Source: Octopus sinensis
Taxonomy: Eukaryota
Length of the DNA: 64,000 nt
Assembly (NCBI RefSeq): GCF_006345805.1
Contig: NC_043014.1
Location: 5,394,001 to 5,458,000 of the forward strand
Direction: 5' to 3'
This document shows, one piece after another, positions 53,915-64,000 of the stretch. Position 1 is the first letter of the stretch; each line of letters starts with the position of its first letter. The notes beneath the pieces were generated by a model, which was not told where the DNA came from, did not search any database, and saw only the letters and a list, made by a program, of their open reading frames with translations. The position numbers and the translations under genes are program-made.

Positions 53915-54440
53915 AACTTTTTAAATCCTCTATCAAGTTCCCATCTACCCTTCCTTCCATCTTTCCTTCCTTCCATCCTTCCTTCCTCCTTTCTTCTTCC
54001 TTCCTTCCATCCTTCCTTCCTTCCTTCCTTCCTTCCTTTCTTCCTTTCCTTCCTTCCTTCCTTCCTTCCTTCCTTCCTTCCTTCCTTCCTTCCTTTCTTC
54101 CTTCCTTCCTTCCTTCATTCCTTCCTTCCTTCCTTCCTTCCTTCCTTCCTTCCTTCCTTCCTTCCTTCCTTCCTTCCTTCCTTCCTTCCTTCCATCCTTC
54201 CTTCCTTCCTTCCTTCCTTCCTTCCTTCCTTCCTTCCTTCCTTCCTTCCTTCCTTCCTTCCTTCCATCCTTCCTTCCTTCCTTCCTTCCTTCCTTCCTTC
54301 CTTCCTTCCTTCCTCCTTCCTTCCTTCCTTCCTTCCTTCCTTCCTTCCTTCCTTCCTTCCTTCCTTCCTTCCTTCCTTCCTTCCTTCCATCCTTCCTTCC
54401 TTCCTTCCTTCCTTCCTTCCTTCCTTCCTTCCTTCCTATC
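53751..54440. repeat. (TTTC)/(CCTT)n polypyrimidine tract, intron 2 of paralog 4
   Basis: Directly visible. Confidence 0.95.
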
Positions 54441-54550
54441 TTCTAATCATTGTCTCCCCAATTCATTAATTCCCAGCCAAGAAATTCTCTCCCACATGGT
54501 TCACCAATTATTTTCTTTTAAACTACATTGTTTCCTTCGCAATTTCGCAG

Positions 54551-54625
54551 TACCCGGTCCTGGTTCCCTGTATACCCGGTGGGGTAGAACAAAATGTCCA
54601 CGTATTTCAAGTCTGGTATACGATG
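54551..54625 (+). CDS. Paralog 4, exon 3 (75 nt, PGPGSLYTRWGRTKCPRISSLVYD)
   Basis: CAG/GTTAGT splice sites; the Y-T-R-W-G-R-x-x-C-P motif is typical of the start of the short-chain-collagen C4 domain. Confidence 0.85.
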
Positions 54626-55990
54626 GTTAGTATATTTTGTTTCTAATCTCTCTCTCTATTTCTTTCTCTCTCTCTCTCTCACTTTCTCTTCCTCTCTCCT
54701 CCCTCCTTCTTTCTGATCTACACAAACGTTTGTCCTATTATAGTATATCACATTTTAAACGGCGATTATAGATTCTCTTGAGTTTACAAAAAACTACTTT
54801 CTCCGTTGAATTTATTTGGTCATAGCCGAAGTATAAATGGCGTCAAGAATGATCACACCAACAGGATATCATCGAAAGTACCCCCATGAACCCAACCACA
54901 GAATATAGTTACCGAAGGACTGTATGCATTAACTACGCACTACTCTACCACTTAATCACGCTAGTGCCTCATGGTAAGGCAATTCTGAGATTTCCAGTCA
55001 GAAGACACTATTTTCCACCACTTCCCCATCAACTTTTCTTTCTATAAACGAGATTTGTGTTTGCTTGAAATGCGATGGAACAGATTTTACCTGTGTATAA
55101 CCGAACCATTAACGGTTTTATTAAAGGTTTCCCGATTCAGCTTAAACTGAACTTTACAATCCTTTCTCCTCTCACTTTCCTTAAGACGTAAAATATCCCC
55201 AGTGATGCAGCAAATAAACCAACGTGACCATAACGTGTATCTTCACGTCACCTGTCCACGACTAGCCGAGAGTTTCAGCTACTCTGTGCAGGATGTTCTG
55301 TTAAATAACTTTTAACTACCCATCGACTGTCAATACTCTGCACCTCACCGTGTTCTTCTATTTTATATTGGCTAAAAATTCCTTGCATCGTTCTTCTATT
55401 TATCTCCGTTAAAATTTGAACAAAATCGTCTTTTTCCATTTTAGAGGAAATGCGTGACGTAACGGCCTTCCCTTCGCACTCTTTTGACATCTGCACACAA
55501 CCATCTACAGCCATGTATCTAGACATATTCACAAATATTACCTACACAAACCCGTTGGCGTACACCTACAACATATATACATATAAATCATAGACACGTA
55601 CAGTTCTTAACTCATACACAAACATTCATTGAGCAACACAGCTTACACTCGCATCGATACTAGTTTGTATACACAAAACCTACACACGTAAACATAGTGA
55701 ATGTTCAAACACATAGACACACGCACACGCGCACACACATAGACGCAAAGACACACACACACACAAACACATACACACACATAAACTCAATCACATACAC
55801 ATATAGACACACGCACACGCGCACACACATAGACAAAAACACACACACACACAAACTCGGATGTGTGTCTATTTATAATCGCAAATTTTAAAATTGAAAG
55901 TTCCTTTTCAAGGATTTCTTTTAATCCAAGTTTTTCTTATTTCACTTTACTTAATATTTTATTTATTTGATATTTTCTTACCAATTCTAG

Positions 55991-56490
55991 GTGTGGTTGG
56001 TGGAACAGCGCATAACGAAACAGGCGGCGGAAGTAATCTCTTATGTCTACCTAACGACCCCATTTGGGCCAATTACACTGGAGAAGTTACATTGTGGAGT
56101 CACATATATGGCAGTGAATATGAAACACGAAATTCCTATGCGAAAAAATATTTTTCTTTTGCTAACGCTGAATCACTTTATGATCACAACGTTCCGTGCG
56201 CTGTCTGTTTGACACGACAACCTGCTGTTGTTATGATGTTACCAGCCAGGACACAGTGTTACGCTGGTTGGACAGCTGAGTATTCGGGATATTTGATGAC
56301 CGAGTATCATAATCATAAAGGCAGACATGAATATGTGTGTGTGGACTATGCACCAGAAGCTGATCCAGCTGGTTACAGAAACGAAAATGGAGCTTTATTA
56401 TATTTTGTGAAGGGAATTTGTGGTTCATTGCCATGTCCACCGTATGTCTATGGTCGCATATTAACCTGCGTTGTGTGCAGTAAATATTGA
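55991..56490 (+). CDS. Paralog 4, terminal exon 4; short-chain collagen C4 / collagen IV NC1-like domain; spliced product 256 aa
   Basis: TAG acceptor; GGGSNLLCLP...VPCAVC...CYAGWTAEYSGYLM...YVCVD...CGSLPCPPY...LTCVVCSKY-stop. Exon lengths 144+52+75+500 = 771 nt, in frame. Confidence 0.9.
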
Positions 56491-59167
56491 ATGGAATATG
56501 GTTGAGTTTGCTTCTCTATGAAAACTTATGTTAACCAATTACAAGACATAATATAATATCATAAAACAATATAGACATTTTAAATTCTGTTTGATAATAT
56601 TTTATCGAAGTTATATAAATCGTTAAAATACTCTGCGCTACTAATTAACAGATAAATATTATAATGGAGAGAAAATCGGCGCCAGAGAATGTGAGAATTA
56701 TGCTTATAGAACAATGCAAAGCTGAGAGAATAATTCTAGATAAACATTGTATAAGGATCAGTTCATAAAACTAAAATGTGGAAATAAAATTGTATTTCGT
56801 TTAACTGTATTTTGTGTTCTGCCTTAAATATCAATAAACCCCACTTGAAGTAATATCATAGAAATATATGATGGTTCCATCATTTTTGAGAGGAATGTTA
56901 GTAGTAATCCTCTCACCACCTATTTTGTATTTACCTGTATTTATACAACCTCGTGACCCCGCCACAAGATTAGTTGACATCCTCATAACCGGGACACGTA
57001 ACCCTCACACCTTGCACCATTTCCTAAACACTGATGCACAACAATCAGAAATTAAATCACCAGCGAGTTTCGAATAAGAATATTTCTCTCACTGAAAAGC
57101 AGAATAATGGTAATTTGGAGCAAAGATTTGCTTTACAACACTTACCACATATATAGAAAGCAGAGTAAAGACAGCAAAAGGACGTAGAAACATAATGAGG
57201 CTAAGCATAGTTACTCTGTGTAAACTGTGTGATATGTTGAGACTGTTACAGCACATCCAATAAGAAACATCACTATGTGTTAGTGTAGAATATTCCTTAG
57301 ATAAAAAAGAAGAAGATGGATATTTGGGAGACACAACGTCTTTCATGCAAGTAATTGAGTGCCATAAGCTTGCCATTAAGAAAATGCATGTATTTAGACA
57401 TTTATAATAGGAATCAACTTTAAAGGTATACATGTGTTTATTCTTAACCCAATAAATCTTTTGGAAAATTCGGACTGAGAATCGTAGCCACGTTCGAGTG
57501 GCACAGAGTGCGTTCTGTTTCAATAAATATTTCTGCGATATGATATTTTAGATGAGCACAACCGTCTATTTATTTGTTTAATACTATTATACACTCGACG
57601 TATTTACTCCCGTCATAACATGGACAAATGGCATGCATCTAATCAAATCTTAAGTTTCCCTGCTGGAATGTACGCACATGTTCAGACTCGCCCGGCTCCA
57701 CACACTCTGACCGCCGTATTGCTTTTATAGGGAAGTAACTGTTTCGATGTAACATCAATATAGTTGTACTCTCAGAATCGAGGGTCCTGATGACGGCCAG
57801 TTAAAAGATATTTGGATACACTTTATAACATGCCGGCTGGAAATATCATCATTGGGTGAGACAAGCTGACACTGAATCAGCTTCGCTGACTGACAGGTGG
57901 CGGTCGTTTAGAGAATGCGCGGGCTGAAATTACTCAGTTAAGGTGAGACTGTTTCACGTGACAACTTGCTGGGGCTGCCTGCTGGAGCCTTGCGGCAGGT
58001 ATTTAAAGGGAAGAATTTGACAAGTCAGTCAGTCACCGGCTGACACTCGCTGACGATACATCGAAGAGTCCATGGAACAGAAGAAAGAAGACATGCACCC
58101 AACACCAGAGCTGAAGACACCTCCGAAAGGCGGAGCCCCGCCACGTCAAAACGATAATGGAGTAGGGACCGAAACCGGACGTGGTTCCTCTGGATGATGC
58201 CTTGAGCTAACTGGATACTATAAAGGAGCTGTTGTGGTAGCAGACCACGAAACACGGTTGTAATTCCAACAGTGGTAGGCACATGTACGAAGTTAATGTT
58301 TATTTCCCTGATAAACGAAATTTTTGCAGCATTTGGCAGAGCTTCGTCATAGATTCTTTGGAGTTACTCGGACACTGGGTTTGCAGATTGAAACCTTTTG
58401 TGAGAATGGTTATTCTTTATGCACCAACACTAGTCAGTGCAAGGGAGATGGGCTGCTCCTGCTCTAGCTGTATCAGGAGTGATGACTAATATTTGGTTCA
58501 ACTGAAAGTATAAATAGAAGCATCCACGTTGAAGTCATAAGAACATTCTTGATTATGTAATTGTCAACAGAAAAGATCCATCGGATGTAAAGCTGCCCGA
58601 TTCATGCAGGGCGATGAATTATGGACAGATGACAGGTTATTTTCTCCGTTGATTACACTGGCGATCACTGTCCCCCAAAGGCTGAGGTGTGAAGCAGGAA
58701 GGCATCTTGGTGGGTGGATGCTTCTAAATGAAACTTTCCTGCAGCACTTAGACATTACAAAGAAGCAGCGAAAGCAGTCAATTCTACACAGCAATCAAGG
58801 ATAAAGAAAGAAAATATAGAAAAGTACAAAACCAAGACAAAATAAACATAAACAAACTACATTTATTAGCTACGATTCACATACAAACTCATTCTACTGC
58901 TCGACATTTTCAATTTATTGAGCTAACAATCTGAACAGAATCTTGACTGCTAACTGGCAGATTCTATATGTAGATAAGTGTTGAATGATTAGAAAAATGA
59001 ATATTTTATAGCTAAATTTGATATCTGCTGACTGCATGCACAGACAGAGAACGTAATTATTCAGTCATTGACCTACATAGAAACAACTCCTGGCTTTTCT
59101 GCCACTCGACAGATGAAATCTGAGAACATGACTTTGGATCTGTCAGTAGATATGTTCACTGATCCGC

Positions 59168-59300
59168 GCCAGCCTTCAGTTTCCGTCTTCCAAATTCACT
59201 CACAAGGCGTTGGTCGGCCCCAGGCAATAGAAGAAGATACTTGCCCAAGGTGCAAAGGAGAGGGACTGAACCCGGAATCATGTTGTTGGGAAGCAAGCTT
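59168..59300 (-). mobile_element. Truncated cephalopod-type SINE fragment
   Basis: Minus strand aagcttgcttcccaac...ccgggttcagtccc...accttgggcaagt.tcttct...ggccgaccaa.gccttgtgagtg. Confidence 0.6.
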
Positions 59301-59301
59301 C

Positions 59302-59507
59302 GTGTCAATTTATTACGGCTGTGTCGAACGACTACTTTAATTGATTGATGAAAATATTACACCATTGTAAAGAAACCGTTTCTGCCAGATGAATTCATGA
59401 ACATTAAAATCGTGAATTCTTCTGACGAAAACGATTTCTTTACAGTGATGTAATGTGTTCATTACTCCAATAAGGAGTCGTAAGAAACGGCCGTAATGAA
59501 TTGACAC
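59302..59507. repeat. ~206-bp imperfect palindrome (fold-back)
   Basis: gtgtcaatttattacggc...gaattcatga | 9-nt loop | tcgtgaattc...gccgtaatgaattgacac. Confidence 0.8.
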
Positions 59508-59789
59508 CTGTACTTCTCCCGTTACTCATTTACATTTTATTCACCTGTCCTGGAATCTGCTCTTCGTAAACATTATGGACCGCATTTATATATAATATAC
59601 ATGTCTGAGGCGCTCAAGAGCCGATTTCTTCACTCAACTGGGTTTAATTGTCTACATACTCTGCAAGAATATCATTCGGCCGGTTCTAAGGTACAAAGCT
59701 CGATATTTACTCAGTAGTGTTGTGTGTGTATATTATTCCTACCTAAAGAGGTGTCTCAATTCAAGTACCTGATTCAACAGAATTTTATT

Positions 59790-60330
<541 letters not shown>

Positions 60331-60831
60331 TTCAATAGCATCATTCATTGACGGATTCTTCGATTATTCCGATGATATCAAGTAAACAAGTTGCCATTTT
60401 CAGGTGATATTTAACAAATAACCACATTGGTATGGAGCGAATTTTAATTAACCCGCTTGATGACTGTTTCAGAACCACAAAGCGAATTTTCTAAAAGGAA
60501 AGTTGAATTGAAGAGGATATGAGTTAGATTTGGAAAGCAGAAATCAGAACCTACAGAAGGTAGACAGATGACCATCCTGATTATTTATGGGACCAGAGCG
60601 GACCGTAGTAAACATTCTACAATAAGAAATGAAAGGAGAAGAGAGAAAAGAAAGGAAATGAACGAAAACGTGGATATACAATTTACATTGGATAGGGTAC
60701 TTAAGTGTGTATATGTCTGAATATATGCAACAGCACGTGTTTACACACACACACGCACATATATATGTATAAATATATATGTGTGTGTGTGTGTGTAAAC
60801 ACATGCTATTGCTGTTGCATATATATATATA

Positions 60832-60902
<71 letters not shown>

Positions 60903-60937
60903 TATATTTATACACACATATATATATATATATATAT

Positions 60938-60987
<50 letters not shown>

Positions 60988-60993
60988 ATATAT

Positions 60994-61040
<47 letters not shown>

Positions 61041-61046
61041 ATATAG

Positions 61047-61132
<86 letters not shown>

Positions 61133-61268
61133 CAGATGTACTCGCATAGCAAGTAATTTGATCTGAGATCGTGTGCTGAAACGAAAACAATTGCAGTGTG
61201 GAAGGTGTTTATAAGCCATTTAAGAAACACACAAAAGCCGTTCGATTCACTTCAACATTTAAGTTTAA

Positions 61269-61318
61269 TTTGTCAAAATATTTTCGTCGCTAAAATCCGC
61301 GGATTGTTCACTGACAAA
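61269..61318 (-). ncRNA. Variant minimal hammerhead motif (G3-C8) in a Penelope-like terminal fragment (~61130-61360)
   Basis: Minus strand tttgtca-GTGAACA-stemII-GAA-AATATT-T-tgacaaa. Confidence 0.5.
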
Positions 61319-62326
61319 AATCGGTGCTGCATCTGAGAATGTAACAGTTAGTTCGTCATATATATGTACGTATGTATGTGTGTATGTACGCATACATGTG
61401 TGTATGTATGTACGTATGCGTGTACGTACATACGCCTGTGTATGCATGTATGTATGTATGTATGTATGTATGTATGTATGTATGTATGTATGTATGTGTG
61501 TGTATATGCACGCACATACACTCTATAAACATAAAGCTATAAACCTGTAGCGATGGATAGATGTAGAGTGACCACTCATCACAATACTATCAAATTTCAA
61601 CTTCCTCCGGCCGAAGCCTGGAAGTGATTTACGACTCTTACTCCCCAAACTATACCATAAAACCTATTATCAGATCTTCATCTCTATATCACAGAACTTT
61701 TGTTTTACTATTGTGCGTATGTATGTATGTATGTGCGTATGTATGTATGTATGTATGTATGTATGTATGTATGTATGTATGTACGTATGTATGTATGTAT
61801 GCGTATATGTATGTGTGTATGTACATACGTACGCATGTGCGTATGTATGTATACGCGCACGTATGCATGTGCCCATGTATGTGTGTGCGTACATGTACGT
61901 GCGTATGTATGTGTGTATGCCCATACGTAGGTATGTATGTATGTTTGTACTCATGTGCTACGTATGTATGTGAGTGTCTAGGAGAATGGGCAGACGTGTC
62001 TGTGAGAGTGTGTACATGTGTATGTGTATGTGAACGTATGTCCGTGTACTGGCATGTGTCCGTCCAAGTTGTGTACATGACTGTTACTTTGTTGAAGGTT
62101 GTATACATATTCACATATATGTTTGTATAGACGCACACACATTTATATATACGTGTGGGTGTGTGTTTGCTCCTCTCATCACCGTCTAACCGTGAATAGA
62201 TACAACGCCTAAGTGCAACTGTACGTATCAAACAACGTACGCTCATACGGTTATATATAACTGCACATACGCATTGCACCCTGTATGTAAGGACTACAAG
62301 TAAACGAGAGAGAGAGAGAGGGGTGG

Positions 62327-63677
62327 TTATAGAATAGTCCTTCTGAATGGGATCTGGATGTTACTCCATTCGGACTTTCGGTTGAGAGTAGGTTTGTATT
62401 CTAGTATACAAACAGCTTCTGCGACCTGTCTCAACATTGCATCGGTGGGATGTGTTGATAGGATGTTCAACTTAAGTTTCCCTAAGGATCCCTTGTGGCA
62501 GTCTACAGCATGTTGGTAGAAGATGGAGTTTGGCTTCCTTTCAATGTAGTTGTCCAGGTGTTCTTTGAACCTATCATTGATGCTTCTAGAAGTCTCACCT
62601 ATGTATGACTCTGGGTTAGTCGCGCAAGCTCCCTCCTGGCACTTAATCTGGTATACAGTGCCCTTGGTTTTACAATTTACATGTGGATTTGTCGAACATA
62701 CTGCACAATTACTTTGACAGGTGATTCTATCAAATGGATATGATCTGCATAATGCCGATTTGATAGTCCTACCTGTCTTTTCTACAACTTTAATTTTTAG
62801 GCCCGTAGTGCGCAGGATTTTCTTGAATGCCTTACTTAGCTCGTTCTTAGGTGTGGCGTCAACGAACATTACTCCGTGAAATCTCCTGTTATCGTACCAA
62901 GTAACTTTCTCATCCTTTTGTTGGTGTCCCTCTCTAAACTATTCCAGAAATTGTTGCGGTATAGGGGGCATATACCGTTTTCGTTGTTCCTTAGAATGCG
63001 TTCGAATCTAGCTTTCGCTCTTTTGTACACCCTGACTCTATCGTCTTGTGTGTATCCGGAGCGTTGCATTCGGAATATGTAGTGCTGGATGCGTTGTTGT
63101 CATTCTTGTGGTTGGCATAGTGGTGATACATTCCTCATTACTCTAATTAAGTCTGCCACTAGGATGTTGAGTTTGGCAGTATCCGACATAGCTGAGTCAC
63201 TACGGATTACTAGTGGATTAGCCATCGGTTTCTGATAGTGTGAGTGGAGTATATAGGGTTTAATGGTTCCATTAACCATAGCATCTTCCATCCATAGCTC
63301 AGTATCTAGGACGGGTAATCGTTTACTGGGTACTTTAGAGGGGTAGTCTATGGTAAGTTTTATACTGTTGTGGATAGAGTCAGCTATGTGTTGTATAGAT
63401 GTCATCACCTGTTCTTCACTTGGTAGAGGGCCCATAACTGTGTCTGTATTATATTTCACAACAAAGTTAATGTCGTCGACGTAACGAGAGTACATAGCCA
63501 AGTGGATGTTACGGTTTGCTAGGCACTGTTTAAAATGTTTGTCCCACCATACCATGAAGAGGTTTGCAACGTCACCGGCGATCCCCACTCCAATAGCACC
63601 GCCCTTCGCTTGCCTATACAGTTTGTTGTCAATTTTAAAATATGTGTTTTTAGCGTAAATCTCAGGCTGTTTTTAGC

Positions 63678-63678
<1 letters not shown>
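62327..63678 (-). mobile_element. Penelope-like retroelement, RT C-terminal half plus GIY-YIG endonuclease (stops/frameshifts)
   Basis: LYRQAKGGAIG..IAGDVAN, YSRYVDD, LPVLD; Cys-rich linker CQSNCAVC; GTVYQIKC...YIGETSRSINDRFKEH. Confidence 0.9.
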
Positions 63679-63755
<77 letters not shown>

Positions 63756-63764
63756 GTATGTATA

Positions 63765-64000
63765 AATGTCAGCTTCCAGCTCCTCGTAGCTTGCGAAAGT
63801 CATGTCCCCTCAAATGATTCTGTAAACTACGAAACAAATGGTAGTCTGAAGGAGGAAGGTCGGGAGAATAAGGTGGATGAGGAATTTTTCCCAACCAACC
63901 TCTTCGATCTTCTGTGGTGTGATGTTTGCATAAGAAGAAAAGACCCCCTTTACCAAGCTACTGCTTACGACGTTTAACATTTCGATAGAAGATCCATTTT
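63765..64000 (-). mobile_element. mariner transposase fragment (continues beyond window)
   Basis: Minus strand GWE/IPHPPYSPDLPPSDYHLFRSLQNHL, the mariner YSPDL motif. Confidence 0.85.

Noticed and set aside
57782-57856. Further hammerhead candidate CTGATGA...GAAATATC
   Set aside because: Core and stem II are plausible but stem I does not pair; unsupported without a family consensus.

Overview
Eukaryotic, AT-rich, microsatellite-dense DNA with no prokaryotic features. The SINE, Helitron and Penelope repertoire suggests a coleoid cephalopod such as Octopus (inference). The core of the window is a head-to-tail array of four + strand paralogs of a 4-exon gene. Each encodes an N-terminal hydrophobic anchor, a short stalk and a cysteine-rich spongin short-chain collagen / collagen IV NC1-like (C4) domain, with no Gly-X-Y helix. 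Copy 4 (47941-56490) splices to an intact 256-aa ORF. Copy 3 has a GT>AT donor change, copy 2 has a 1-nt-short exon 2 and no visible exon 1, and copy 1 is a pseudogene with a duplicated exon 2. The main signal is that the paralogs are near-identical in framework codons, introns and flanks but strongly diverged in about five short loops of the C4 domain, a pattern resembling a diversifying recognition-receptor family. Copies 1 and 2 are separated by a ~10.4 kb G/T-rich satellite (55- and 92-bp monomers, ~662-bp higher-order repeat) that ends in a 100-N gap. The rest is transposon debris (Helitron, RTE LINE, Penelope-like elements with minimal hammerhead ribozymes, Gypsy, mariner, SINEs, fold-backs) and simple repeats. 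Nearly all ORF-track entries are repeat artefacts. All alignments and counts were done by eye.
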